Positions 41,528 through 56,841 of a stretch of 64,000 nt of DNA are shown piece by piece (the first letter of the stretch is position 1; each line of letters opens with the position of its first letter). The translations under genes and the position numbers were made by a program. Origin of the DNA: Eledone cirrhosa (Eukaryota); contig OZ024751.1 of assembly GCA_964016885.1 (NCBI GenBank), forward strand, positions 25,420,001-25,484,000, given 5' to 3'. The notes beneath the pieces were generated by a model, which ran no database searches, was not told where the DNA came from, and saw only the letters and a list, made by a program, of their open reading frames with translations.

Positions 41528-43394
41528 TGTAGTTGCTTAGCCCCTTAGTTATGTAGTTTGAATCGACATATATATTTCGAAACATCTAAGGAAAATAACT
41601 CGCACTTAGTAATATTTATATACAACGAGATATTGACAAGTTTTTTATAACATCATATCAGAATCCCTATATAATGACACCTTACATATGTCACAGACGT
41701 TCCAGAAATAGGTTGAGCTTTGATATAATAATTGATCGGTAGAAGTTTAACATAAAACTTGAACCTTCGATGTATTATCTTTAACAGACTATATGTGTGT
41801 GCGTTGTGCCGGTATATATGCCTGTGTGTGTGTGTGTGTGTGTGTGTGAGTCTGAGTGTGTATTTCTGAGTATATGGGCGGCAAATAGTAAAATACATAT
41901 CTAATCTTTTTTACAAAGCAGAAGAAGAAGAAGCCCCGCTAAACAGGAAATAACACGTGTTAAATATATCTATATTTATTTGTTTACCTTTATATGTCAT
42001 CTTGTTATTCTCTAGAGTGCTTTCGTTTAAACCATCTTTATTATATTATTTATAATTCCTTGTGTTCGATCGTTGTGAACATGCAATAATCAATATCGGT
42101 TTATCCTTCTTTATATTTCATAGAAGAAATTACAACAACAACAACAACAGCAACAACAACAACAACAACAACACTAACAACAGCAACAACAACAATAGCA
42201 ACAACAAATAACAACAATATCAACAACAACATGAAATGCAACCACAACAACAACGGCAGATCTGTAGCAACTACAAAAAAGCTGTTTGTCCTGTACTTGT
42301 CTGCTACTGCTGCGCTTGCTACTAATGTTGCTGCTGTAAATGTTGTTGTTGCTGATGTTTAATATTTGCTGTTTTTAATATTGCTATTCTTGCTGTTGTT
42401 TTTGATACTATTTCGTGGTTGTTATTGTTTTTGTTGGTTCATCTGTTTTTCTTGTTTCTGTTTTTTGCTGTTGTTGTTGTTGTTGTTGTTGCTGTTGTTT
42501 CTGTTTCTACTATGGATACTATTTTGTTGTTGTTTTTTTGTTATTATGCTCTTGTTGTTGTTTCCTTTATTACACAAGTTCGTCTAAACACATACATGAA
42601 ATAGAAATACACACTTTCAAACACATTCATACCATACACATTGCACTTCTCACATACATACACATTCCCTCCCAAATACACTCACATACACACACACACT
42701 GTCACACATATACGCACACTCCTTCTCAGATACGCACAGTCACTCACACACAGTCACATACACACAGTCACTCACACACAGTCACACACATGCGCACTTT
42801 CGCCCACATATAGGTACACGCTCTTACACACAGTAACACAAACTATCTCACACATGTACAATCTCACCCGCACTCACACACATTTACACACACACACACA
42901 CACACACTATTTACAGTGAAAGAGATTACAGAAAAAAGAAAGAGGAAGAAGGAAAACAATAGAGAGTTTTAATATTTCATTCTTTGAATCTCTTACAGAC
43001 TGTGGCCATGCTGGGGCACCTGGTTTATGTTAGGAACAGTGAAGAAAGGAAAATAGAAAGAGGGAGAAAATAGAAGACTAAATAGAAATGAAAATAAATA
43101 TAAAAGGAGGAAAGAAAGATGGAAAGAAAGGAGGAAAGATAAAAGAAAGAAGGAGTGAATAAAATAACGGAAGAAAGTAAGATGACTATATAGATAGACA
43201 GATGGATAGACACAGACACACACACACACACATACACATACACATACACATATATATATATATATATACACATACACATACATATATATATATGTATGTG
43301 TGTGTATGTGTGTGTGTGTGTGTGTGTGTATATAAATATCGGTGCCCCAGCATGGCCTCAGCCGGAAGGCTGGAACAGGTAAAAGAGTAAAATA

Positions 43395-43434
<40 letters not shown>

Positions 43435-43495
43435 TTAATATAGAAGAGCTTCTACAGGACTACAAATGTTTCATTCGTGAGAAATCATCAGGGAG

Positions 43496-43581
<86 letters not shown>

Positions 43582-43953
43582 TGAGGTAGATAAATAGATA
43601 GATAGATAGATAGATAGATAGAAAGAGAGAAAGATTGATATATTGATGTCCAGAACAGAGTCAATGAAGGATGAAAACCTTCTCATTTCCCTTTGATTTC
43701 TATCAAAGATCTGTGTATTTTATTAACAAACGAATGAAATATATGTTCGATTAAACTCCATCTCACCACCCTTTACATAAACATTGCTAATCATGCAGCA
43801 ATATTAGATCGATAATAATACTAACTATTGTATTCAATATTTTACAATACCAATTTGATACTCGTGGGAAGATGTATTTGATTGTCAGGGATAATTTTGT
43901 TAGACATTAATTATCGTCAAATATCTCACGCTAGCAGAAAATCGTATGAGCTT

Positions 43954-44004
<51 letters not shown>

Positions 44005-44241
44005 ATTTGAAGCTCATATATATATTTGAAGCTCATATATATATATGGGGGGTGGGGGTATTGTGTGTATGTGGGGGGGGGGGGGGGGTAGGCAATAACG
44101 GGGAGAAAAAGAGAGACTGGTATATTTAATCAATGCCATAAAAATCGATAATGTTTAAATTTTTCCCTTCCCTTGTTTCAATACATTTTTTTGAATATTA
44201 TTATTATTATTGTCAGCGCCCTTGTGGCCAATAAAGAAATC

Positions 44242-44274
<33 letters not shown>

Positions 44275-44399
44275 GCAATTATTAATATTTGTATTGTTAT
44301 GCTTTCAACGTTATGTAGTTTATTGGATTTGGTAATAGAAATAAATACACACACACACATACACGCACGCACTCACATATACACACACACACTCTCACT

Positions 44400-44464
<65 letters not shown>

Positions 44465-44783
44465 GTGTATGTGTGTGTGTGTATGCATCAAAACTAATAG
44501 AGAGAGACATGATAAATATGGAAATATTTGATAATTTTGATTGTAAAAATTAATGATGCATTCATAAAACAAGGTTATGTACATATTGCTGCTAATATGT
44601 TAAGAGAATGATAGCGTTGGTAATTGTCATAACAGGCATCGTTTATATGGGTTAATGTTGACGACACATATAGTTTCAAAGGAAGAATGAAGCACACTAC
44701 CATTCCCACCATAATACATACATATATATGTTACATATATATGTGTGTGTATATATGTGTGTGTATATATGTGTGCGTGTGTT

Positions 44784-45211
<428 letters not shown>

Positions 45212-48200
45212 ATCAGGATATAACGAACTTCGTTGCACTAAAGGATTGAAACACAAGCAGGGGATATCCATGCTTGGATGGAATAATCTATTTAATGGCC
45301 TCTGTTATCGTTGAGACAAAAGGAACAAGGACAAAGTGGGGTGTGGTATCTTCAACTCGGAAAACCTAGCGCAATGTTGTCAACAAAGTGGTCTCCGCTA
45401 AAGTCACTCAAGGACTAATCGGTCGTATGTGACTGAAGCATCAGATTAAAACATGTTAAACTATATTTCCTTTGTAAAACATCTTCTATGATTTTAACAT
45501 CCTTTTCCAAATAACCAAGAACATTGTGTGGTTCAGTTATACAAGTAATGTTCGCATAATTAAGTAGTTGTTTCTTGCAGAACACCCGTGATGGATGTTT
45601 TTTATACGAATATAAACAATTTAAAATAAGCAGCTTTAGATGAACCAGTAACTCGCTATGTAAATCTCATCCGCAATAGCATCGATAAAATCGTAGCTTG
45701 TCTATGCCTCTTTCCTCTTCCCTCTTTACTTTACGTTCCTTTTCTCATCTCAAGATATCGCGTGTGTGTATATCAAATAATATATAGCATTTCTCTGTTG
45801 ACATCTAACGACTTTCGTGCTGATTGAATTCCTTTCCTATTATTCAATTGTGTAGACAATCGAACCTGTTAATTCAATTTTACTTTCGGTTCGATTTCTT
45901 TTCTCTTCGGTCTTCTCTTCGAGAAATGGTAAATAAATAAAAATACATAGAAACAAAATGGTTACTCTGTGTTGATGTCAATCAGAATTAAGTGGTTATT
46001 TCTACAAATCTCTTGATTAGTTCATCATTAGTTGGAATGTCTGTTTTTCATTTCTGTCAATGTATGGGACAATTGCTATAAACAAGGAACGAGGATTGCG
46101 TATCTGCATGTGACTGTGTGTGTCTGTGTGTGTGTGTAAGTGTATGTGTGTGTGTGTACGTGTTACGTGTGTGTGTGTGTGGTTGTATATTTGCATGTGT
46201 GGTTGTATACATTTTTTGTGAGTGTATATATGTGTGTGGAGGTGTGTCTGTATGTGCGAGTATGTATGTTTCAGCTTGTGTGTGTGTGTTCCTGTCTTTG
46301 TGTGTTTTTGTAAGTGTGTCTGTGTATATCGCTTACTTTGTGTCTGCGTCTGTGCGTGAGTGTGTATCGCTGTCTTTGTGTGTATGAGTGCGTGCCGCTG
46401 TCTTTCTGTCTGTATGTGTGTATGTGAGTGTGTGTGTGTACTGTTCTTGATTCGATTTTATTTGGTCATATCTCGTGACCGATGCCAACCAAATCAATTG
46501 TCGACACCTAATTTTGTTTTGATTTTATGTATTCATCTATTTATTTTTATTTATTTATTTATTGGTTGTATTTTTTTTTCCACGTTTCAGTTTGAGTTTT
46601 CTACACTTCAAGTTTATTATAAACGAGGAATAGCTCCTAATTTAAAGTTGACAACAAGTGAACTCTACATGACAAGCTAATAAATCAGTTACCAATTAGA
46701 GAATAAAGGGCAATGACAGGTCTGAAGTTATTGATGGCCTTGGTTGAGAAAGAAGGTGAATTCCCAGTCAAAAGTCTACAGGTTCGTATCGTCACTTGGA
46801 CAAAAAAAAAACGATCTGTTTTATGTACAATTTCTTAGTTTAATGTTTACTTAATACTTTCACTAGAAAACCACTTGGAAGAGTTCATGGTTTTGTGATG
46901 CAAAGTTGTTCGTTTTGAAGTGTATATATTTATCTAAAAACATGTTCATCATAATTTCATGCAAGAAACTTTGTTATGTTGCAAATAGCAGTTTAATAAT
47001 GGTTTCTGGTTTAGGCACAAGGCCAGCAATTTTGGGGGAGAGAAATGTCGATTACCAACGCTTTATTTTACCGACCTCGTAAGGATGAGAAACAAAGCGC
47101 TAGATTTGAACTCAGACAGTAAAGGGCCACAACTCTGATTATATATATATCTTCAGCGTGATACAATGTGTAGCAAAACAGGCCACTTAAATTACACGTA
47201 CAACTCATTAATGTTTCCAGCAGAGTGGACTGCAACAGCGTTGCTATTTTACACAACCGACCGCCTAGAATCAAACACACTGCCTTGCAACGGTGAGCCG
47301 AACGCCCTAACCACTTAGCCAGGCGCCTTCGCTCATGGCGATGGCAGTGGTTAATGACTCCCCTCACCGAATAAATGAAAGAATAAACTAACAAACTAAT
47401 AAATGAATACAATTAAGGAATGAAGTAATCGAGTAATGGAGTTATGAATTAATGGCTGGTTGAATCGTTTAAAGCTATTACAACGCCATTTCTTTTTCAA
47501 ATATAAAAACAAAATGAAATGAATACTTGTTTACATTCGTTCGTTCGTATTATTCATTTAATAAATCATCTTTTATGTGATCTTCTTCTCGACTATTCTT
47601 TATTTGTTAGGTCCTTAACGTCTTCAGATTTCTCTTATACCCTCCCCAAGGCGTTAACATTTGTTTGATATCGTAAATAGATACAAGTCTGCTAGGATCA
47701 AGTTCAAAATATCTCAATGTAACAACTAACACATTAATTCTATATTTCAGAATATAAATAATTTTCTATAAATTTCCAAACACTAAAATGCATAATTATG
47801 AGGGAGGTTTTTAAGAAATAATATCAAAGAAAAGATAAAAATAAAAAAATGGTAGAAATAAAAAACAAAAGCATTTGTTGTTGAACCTCCGTCGATTTCG
47901 ATGACGAGTGCTCCAGTTGTCCACACAACGGAACAGCCTACTCATCAAATTAACTTGTAACAGGCTGAAAATTCCACAGACACGTGTGCCTGTAACGTAG
48001 TTCTGAGATTCAGTTTTAACTAGACAGGTTGAATTACATATCACGTTACACAAGGTTCACTCTCAAGTTTAGTGATATCACCTCCAGTTCTCTCCTATGA
48101 CAACTGGTGTTATCGTGGTGGAATTGCTAGTATTGATCATAGATTGGAATATAGCGTTAGAACATCTGACAAAATGCCAGGCAATTTCTGTTCCCTCTCT

Positions 48201-48886
48201 ATACGTACAGAGTTCAAATCATGTCGAATTCGACATTTCCATTCGTCACTCTGAGATCGATGAAATATAATGTCATAAAATGCTGGGTTCTATTTAATAG
48301 ATTCCCTCTCCCTAAAAATGACTGTCTGTTTTAGACCTACATAAGAAAGGATCAATATTAGAGTGGTCAATATTTTACTGGTCTCAGTCGTTATATTCAG
48401 GCAATCATAGAACAATGTTATTTCATAATCGATTATTTCTAAACGATTACATATTTCATCGACCTCCAAACAAAGAAAGGGACGTAACCCAGAAACAACC
48501 ACTAGGTTTTTCCGACCGATACGCTCTACCAGTTATCCAGTGTTTGTAGATGTGTGCCGGTTGTTTTATATCATTGTTTACATTATTTTGTTTAAACACA
48601 CATCGATCTTCATAGATTTATGTGGACACAAACAGACATTAAATGAATGTTGTCATTGAACTTACTCGAGTGTTAAAAGGGTTTTGAAGTTGTCGATATG
48701 GTACTTACTTTGCTGCACAAATATTCTGAGTTCAAATTGAGCCGAGTTTTATGTCATTTTTCATCCAGACATCAAGTACTAAAGACCGATTTCATGAACC
48801 AGAACCTCCCCGAAAAACTATTCTACTTATTGTCTATGCTGCAAAACATTTTCATTATCATTATTATTGGTGATCGGTAGATTGGA

Positions 48887-49103
48887 GGCGGTGGATTGGC
48901 AGTATCGGTAGAGGATCGGACGCCATGCTTTCCAGCATAGTTACGTCCCTTTACGATCTGAGTTCAAATCCCGCCGAGGTTGACTTTGCCTTTCATCCTT
49001 ACGGGGTCGATAAAATAAAGTACCAGTCACGCACTGGGGTCGATATAATCGACTTTCCCCTCCCCCAAATATTGCTGGCCTTAAGCCAAAAGTAGAAACA
49101 ATT
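48887..49103 (+). mobile_element. Full-length octopod-type tRNA-derived SINE
   Basis: GGCGGTGGATTGGCAGTATCGGTAGAG (A-box-like)...GAGTTCAAATCCC (B box)...CTTTGCCTTTCATCC..GGGGTCGATAAA..AAGTACCAG...AGTAGAAACAATT; more than 15 whole or partial copies in the window, clustered at 48100-50350 and 58800-60860. Confidence 0.85.
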
Positions 49104-50429
49104 ATCATTATTATTGGTGATTGTGAGGGCGGTGGATTGGCAGTGTCGGTAGAGGGTCGGACGCCATGCTTTGCAGCATAGAGTTACGCCCCTCTATGGT
49201 CTGAATTTCTATGCTAGAAATCCTTATTATTGGTGATGGTGACTTAGTGGGTAGAGAATTGGATTTGCAATCGTGAGTTCGATTCTCGGACCGGGTGAGG
49301 CATTATGTTCTTGAGCAAGACAATTTATTTCAAGCTACTCTTTCTGTCATGAGTTGAGTCCTGCAGATAGTATCAGTAATGGGAAGACCAATGGAAAAAT
49401 TCTTTCTTTGGTCTCATTTGATGATTTTTATCCCACGCGGTAAGGTAAGCAAATGAGGTCTGGGATGTTGTCAATCGATTCCCTCTGCGTTTCATATGAG
49501 GATGATGTCAACTTGCCTTTTATGCAGCCATAGTCGATAGAATGACCAGTGCTAAGGTCGATATCATTGGCTTTCTCCTGTCCCCCAAATTGTTTGATCT
49601 TGTGCCAAATCTAGAAACAATTATTATTGTTGTTTGATCTGTGTTCATATCATGCTGAGGTCTTATTAGTCTTTCATCAATCGGGAGTCAATAAAACAAA
49701 ATACAAGCCAACTACTGAGATCGATATAATCAATTGTCCCACGTCCTATCAAATAGCTCACTTTGTCCTGATGTTGGAAACAAGAAGCTGGATTCCTAGA
49801 TTCATTACAGCGCCAGATAAAGGGTTTTGCAGTACTTATTCTGACTCTATACGTCGTTCAAATCTCGTCGAGGTTAACTTTGCCTTTCATCCTTACGGGG
49901 TCGATAAAATAAAGTACCAGTCATTCACTGTGTTTGATTTAATCGACTTACCCTCCACCAAAGATTTGTTGAGCAAGTGCCTGAATCTGAAACCAGTAAT
50001 TATTCCGGGGTTACGTTGAAATCCTGGCGAACACAACGGAGCCTTTCACCCTTCCAGGATGAATAAAGTAGCAAATGGGGTTAATTTACATGACCACGTC
50101 CCTCCTTCAAATTGTAGACCTTGTGGCTAAATCAGAAACGAGTATATTAATTTCTATTATTTGATCTTCAGAGTGTGGTGGGGTGGCAGAGTTGTTAGTC
50201 CGTCAGACCAAATACTTGGCGTCATGTAGTTACGGCCCTTTACATTCTGAATTCGAATCACGCCAAGCTCAAAGTTGATTTCATTATTCTGCAGTCGATA
50301 AGATAAAGGACCAGTAAAATGTATAAGGGTCGTTATAATCGACACTCCATTTCCAGCAAACTGCAAATCCAGCAATTATTATTGTCAGGAACTTAGGAAA
50401 CAATTATAAATAGGTACCTATTGTTAGCA

Positions 50430-51385
50430 GCTTATTAGTAACTATTCATTAGTAATTATTTATTAGTAACAATTTATTAGTAATTATTTATTAGTAACTA
50501 TTTGTTAGTAACTATTCATTAGTAATTATTTGTTAGTAACAATTTATTAGTAACTATTCATTAGTAATTATTTGTTAGTAACTATTTATTAGTAACAATT
50601 TATTAGTAACTATTCATTAGTAATTATTTGTTAGTAACTATTTATTAGTAACAATTTATTAGTAACTATTTATTAGTAACAATTTATTAGTAACTATTTA
50701 TTAGTAACAATTATTAGTAACTATTAATTAGTAATTATTTGTTAGTAACTATTCATTAGTAACTATTTATTAGTAGCTATTTATTAGTAACAATTTATTA
50801 GTAACTATTTATTAGTAACTATTCATTAGTAACTATTCATTAGTAACTATTTATTAGTAACAATTTATTAGTAACTATTTATAAGTAACTATTAATTAGT
50901 AATTATTTATTAGTAACTATTCATTAGTAATTATTTGTTAGTAACTATTTATTAGTAACAATTTATTAGTAACAATTTATTAGTAATTATTTATTAGTAA
51001 CAATTATTAGTAACTATTCATTAGTAACTATTTATTAGTAACAATTTATTAGTAACAATTTATTAGTAACTATTTATTAGTAACAATTTATTAGTAACAA
51101 TTTATTAGTAACTATTTATTAGTAACAATTATTAGTAACTATTCATTAGTAACTATTTATTAGTAACTATTTATTAGTAACAATTTATTAGTAACTATTT
51201 ATTAGTAACTATTTATTAGTAACTATTTATTAGTAACAATTTATTAGTAACTATTTATTAGTAACTATTTATTAGTAACTATTTATTAGTAACAATTTAT
51301 TAGTAACTATTTATTAGTAACTATTTATTAGTAACAATTTATTAGTAACTATTTATTAGTAACTATTTGTTAGTAACTGTATATT
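50430..51385. repeat. 14-bp minisatellite (TTAGTAACTATTTA), about 65-70 copies
   Basis: Direct reading; variants TTAGTAACAATTTA, TTAGTAATTATTTG, TTAGTAACTATTCA. Confidence 0.95.
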
Positions 51386-51900
51386 AGGATCTTATTAGGA
51401 AAGAATTATTGAGGTTTGTATAAAGTGGTAATTAGCCATGCCTCCCTTAATGTGACATCAAACCGACAGTTCCTGTGTGGAGCGTTCCAATCCGGGTTCT
51501 AATCCGGTTTCGTCTGGCTTTCAAACCCCAGACCACAACCACGTGTTGTAATAACAGAAATACGTGTTATACTAATTTAGTAAAGTGGCTTGCTTTCAGA
51601 GAAAATGAAATCAATAAATATTATACATTGATTATATTATGGTCGTGTTTAAAGATTACTTATATACACACATCTAGACGAAAAGCAATTGTACACAAAT
51701 GTATGCATGCATTCATACGATTATACATATATGCACACACATACACACACACGCACGTACGCACACACACACACACACACGCACACACACACATACACAC
51801 ACACACATATAGATATATATATATATATAAAAGGAAAGAAGAGTGATCTATGTATAGTAAAGAGTTATTTAATTACATAATAAACAAGACAATATAATAT

Positions 51901-51970
51901 TTCCATTACCAAATGTTTCAGGAAACTAGACGATTCTTAGAGAAACGTCCAGCTCGTTCATCAGATGAAA
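51901..51970 (-). ncRNA. Type I hammerhead ribozyme motif within inverted repeat 51872-52022
   Basis: Minus strand TTTCAT CTGATGA [ACGAGCTGGACGTTTCT-CTA-AGAATCGTCTAGTTTCCT] GAAAC ATTTG GTA ATGGAA; stem I 6 bp; GUA site. Confidence 0.7.
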
Positions 51971-52017
51971 CCTGAAATCTTTGGCAATGGTATAATTATA
52001 TTGTGTTGTTTATTACG

Positions 52018-52098
<81 letters not shown>

Positions 52099-52638
52099 GC
52101 ATTTTCGCAATATTATACACAACTGAATTCATTCGCCTAATATAGGTGTTGCCTCCCTTGCTGAACCCCACGTGGGGTCAGTTACAGACACATTTATGTG
52201 GACTTTCGAACTGAATCCCGTTGACAACGCGCACTCCCAGTTCAGTCATGATACAAGAAACCTAACACCCTTTATGTAAGTGGACAGTAAATGACTTATG
52301 GAGCCGCAGAAACCCAAACACTGGACTTTACCATCTTTCCAGGGGTCCGGGTAAGCTTTCAACCATTTATATTTTATTATATTTTTATATCTGTATATCT
52401 GTTTGACCCGAAATAGGAGATCGAATCTTCGCTGTGTGGATGATTAATTTAACCACCATCTCAGTGTGTTTGGCCTGTAACGTAAGTTGTAAGTTCTAAT
52501 TCATATGAATTATCGAGCGCTTGCCACACAACTCGAAAGTGATTCTCGTTAATTCCTGAGCTGAAATTCGATTCTCGCTAATTTTTACTTGTATATATAT
52601 ATATATATATATGCTATAATCTGCTTCGTAGAATCAAG

Positions 52639-52732
52639 ACATATCTGAGGACCTTGCGATTTTCAGAGTCAGGTTCGAACATCACATCGATCGTGCCTCG
52701 AGCTTGTCGCCAGAGAAACGATTGTAATATGT
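52639..52732 (+). ncRNA. Type I hammerhead ribozyme motif with extended stem II
   Basis: ACATAT CTGAGGA (52645-52651)...GAAAC GATT GTA ATATGT, then AATAAA. Confidence 0.6.
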
Positions 52733-52889
52733 GAAATAAATTCCATTCGTCGCAACACTGATTGTCTTTTTTTTTCTGTGATATCATACTCTGCTCTATG
52801 AGAGCATCGAGTGCTCATATGGCGTACCGCAAACGGACGTTTTAAGCATCCAACACCGATTATGCTATATATATACCATAACTATATAC

Positions 52890-52982
52890 CATGCAATGAA
52901 ATATCTATGATCGTTGGCAAATCACTGATGAGGGACTCATTTTCTAACATGTTATCCATGTGCAACCTGCAGTATTCTTCTC
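52890..52982 (+). repeat. Second copy of the CACTGATGAGGGACT element end
   Basis: Matches 2325-2420. Confidence 0.65.
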
Positions 52983-52992
52983 CCCATTTTTT

Positions 52993-53061
<69 letters not shown>

Positions 53062-53155
53062 ATATATGTATGTATACATTGCATGCACATTACATCTCAG
53101 ATTATGTCAATACAAATTCCTATAATTAAGATAGTTATGGTATATAATATATAAT

Positions 53156-53332
53156 TGTTTCCACTTTTGGCATAAGGCCAGCAATTACGTAGTGCATTAC
53201 TGGTACTTTATTTTATCGACCTCGTAAGGATGAAAGGCAAAGTTAACCTTGGCAGGATTTGAACTCAGAATGGAAAGGGCCGTAACTCTATACGTCAAAG
53301 CATGGCGTCCGACCCTCTACCAATGCTGCCAA
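53156..53332 (-). mobile_element. SINE copy
   Basis: Reverse complement of the 62566-type SINE. Confidence 0.8.
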
Positions 53333-53796
53333 TTATGCAAAGAAAACTAGATGGTTTTCAGGCAGAGAAATATACCATTATATAATTGGTCATTAAATTC
53401 ATCCTATAAGGGTAACGAATAGAGGTGCCCTTCGGTCATTACTGTCAATAGGATTGTATGCAATCACACGCCATGTGAGGATGTTTTGAGACCGGCTCTT
53501 CTCCACGTATGCCACTCCACTTACTCCAAGATATGTCATTATGAATTACACCATCAATACTACAAACCGCGCTGGTACACCATTAACACCCTCCACACAC
53601 ATATATATATACACACACACACATGTATATATATACATACATACACACACACACATATATATATATATTATATATATATATTAATATATATAAACAAATA
53701 TAAGTATATATGCATATATGTGTGTGCGTGTGTGTGTACACATACACACACGTATATATATGTACATATATATATATACACGCATATATATATATA

Positions 53797-53990
53797 AAAC
53801 GAAGGTGATGTGGTAAGGAACCAGATGGACCATAACGCACCAGAGTACTCAATACTTAGGGTAGTAGAGTGGGTAATAGGAGAAAGTATGACCCCGACGG
53901 CAGAGCTCAAGCCGTTTCGACGGCTATTTCTATACTCAGAAATAGCCGTTGAAACAGCTTGCTCTGCCGTCGGGGTCATACTTTTTGCTA
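53797..53990 (+). mobile_element. Copy of the (TA)n-inserted hairpin element
   Basis: Same body and hairpin as 36973 and 62834. Confidence 0.85.
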
Positions 53991-54076
53991 CATATATATA
54001 TATATATTAATATATATACAAATATAAGTATATATGCATATATGTGTGTGCGTGTGTGTGTGTGAGAGAGAGAGAC

Positions 54077-54125
<49 letters not shown>

Positions 54126-54178
54126 TATAGATAGATAGATAGATAGATAGATAGATGGATAGATTAATAGACAGGGGA

Positions 54179-54237
<59 letters not shown>

Positions 54238-54534
54238 TGTCTGCGTGAGCGCACGTGTGTGTGTTTGTGTGTGCATGTGTGCGAGTATGTATGTATGTGT
54301 GAATAATCTAAATAATTACAAAAAAAATATTATCTTGACGTAATATGAAACATTTTTATAAACTAAGTTTCTAAAATAATCCTATTTCTTAAGATTTCAC
54401 CTAGATTTTATGTTCTTGTCGACATTGATTTCTTATGTTTTGGTTTTCTTTCTTTTTCATAACCTTTTATCTTTGGTACGCTGAGAGATATTTTAGCCTA
54501 TTTTAGTACACCCCCCCCCCCCCCCAGAAAAAAA

Positions 54535-54572
<38 letters not shown>

Positions 54573-54719
54573 TAATTAAAACCTGGTCCACTTAGATGAC
54601 TTTCTAATTTTTTCTGAAATCGATATCTTATGTTTCTCTTTAAAAAAAGGAAGAATATCATGAGCCAAGTTAAAAATGATTGTATCATTAAGATCAAAGA
54701 GTGCAAAGTTCCTATTATC

Positions 54720-55050
54720 GCCGCCCCCCTCCTGCCCCCCTCCTCCTCCTCCTCCTCCTCCCCCTCCTCCTCCTCCCCCTCCTCCTCCTCCTCATATTTC
54801 TTCGTCTTATTCTTGACTTCTTGGCGTTGTTGTTGATCATTTTTCTCATTCTGCATCTAATTTTACTCATCCGTCATCATCACCATCATCATCACCATCA
54901 TCATCGTCGTCGTCGTCGTCGTCGTCGTCATCATCATAGTCATCATCATCATCATCACCATCACCACCACCATCATCATCATCACCGCCATCATCATCAT
55001 CATCACCACCATCACCATCATCACCATCATCATCATCATCATAACATCAT
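54720..55050. repeat. (CCT)n/(CAT)n/(CGT)n low-complexity tract
   Basis: Direct reading. Confidence 0.9.
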
Positions 55051-55289
55051 CTCCGTATTATTTCTTCTCTTTCTTCTTCTGTTTATTTCCCCCTCTTCTA
55101 TCACCTCTTCACAATCATATGTTTGTATCGATTTGCTTATTCAAATATCTATCAATAATATTCAAGGCCACCGGAAGATTGACATTATTTTTATGATGAG
55201 CAATAATCACTCATTGGAGCACAACTTGACGCTGCTAGGCCTTGCATGCATTATTTATATACTGGATATTATACATACATATGTTTGTA

Positions 55290-55333
<44 letters not shown>

Positions 55334-55430
55334 TTATATATGTATGTATGTATATATGTATATATATATGTATGTATGTATGTATATATGTATATATATA
55401 TATATGTATGTATGTATATATGTATATATG

Positions 55431-55465
<35 letters not shown>

Positions 55466-55472
55466 ATATGTA

Positions 55473-55535
<63 letters not shown>

Positions 55536-55740
55536 AAAATTTAGTACAGCATAATCGAAGCTCTCGTTGCAGCCAAGCTAACGTATGCAATCGGGGTGTG
55601 CAGCTAAGCACTCAATAGGGTATATTACCCTAGAGTTATAACATTACGTTTAGACAGCTTTGCAAATTGAAGACAGCGACCGATAGACGAGCCGCAGTGA
55701 CCAAAGCGACGAAAAAAACCGAACTCAGGAAAATATATAT

Positions 55741-55774
<34 letters not shown>

Positions 55775-56001
55775 GGGCGGGTAAAATTCCCGAGATCCAT
55801 GGACGAGTTCTCTCCAGCGGTCTCTGTCCCTCATTATCGCTGCCATGTCCTGCGTCTCCAACAGACCAGTGTCTGTCCTTAGGGCATCAACATATGTTAA
55901 CCTTGGTCTTCCTCTTCCAGTGTGTCCATGTAGGGGCTCCCACAGGAGCACTGAGTGCAATGTCAACTCTGGATGTCGGTGAGCATGTCCAGCTAACCTC
56001 A

Positions 56002-56004
<3 letters not shown>
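55775..56004 (-). mobile_element. 3' fragment of the same RTE-like LINE, flanked by (TA)n on both sides
   Basis: RLRLAGHAHRHPELTLHSVLLWEPLHGHTGRGRPRLTYVD...EFYPP; closely similar to 3017-3235. Confidence 0.85.
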
Positions 56005-56032
<28 letters not shown>

Positions 56033-56083
56033 GGTATAGTGACGAAACATAAGTCAATTGCATGAACTCATAATCGTTTATTT

Positions 56084-56140
56084 ACTTCTATATATATTTT
56101 GATGATAGCCATTGAATGGCTATGACCTCATCAGGCAGTT
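56084..56140 (-). ncRNA. Hammerhead motif of the 37300 family with GAAA mutated to AAAA (probably inactive)
   Basis: Minus strand ACTGC CTGATGA GGTcATAGCCA-TTCAA-TGGCTATcATC AAAA TATATATA GAAGT AAATAAA. Confidence 0.6.
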
Positions 56141-56202
56141 AGTCAGTTCTTAGTTATGCCAGCTCTGTGTTTACAGTGTTGATGGTATCAGAGCCTTGGG
56201 AC

Positions 56203-56240
<38 letters not shown>

Positions 56241-56468
56241 ACATTAAAGGGATCACTGCTCTGCAGTAGATTGTTCGGAAACTTCTGTTGTTTTTCCTGT
56301 TGTATTTTTCTGCAGCTTTTTAACGCTTTTTCCAGTATATTAGATGAAAACACGGTGCTCCCCACGAACTGGAATCCTTCTCTTCTCGGGGAGCAGGGTT
56401 ATGCGTGGATCCCAAATCTATCTATCTTCGTATATATATATTTCCTTATCTTGCCCCCACTCTCTTTC

Positions 56469-56600
<132 letters not shown>

Positions 56601-56622
56601 GTTGTGTGTTTGTGTGTTTGTA

Positions 56623-56666
<44 letters not shown>

Positions 56667-56772
56667 TATATATATGTGCATATATATAATATGCACATAT
56701 ATACATCTATTTATATATATATAAGAATGTGTGTATTTATTGATATTTTGACAGGATGCTGTACGTATGTAA

Positions 56773-56841
<69 letters not shown>

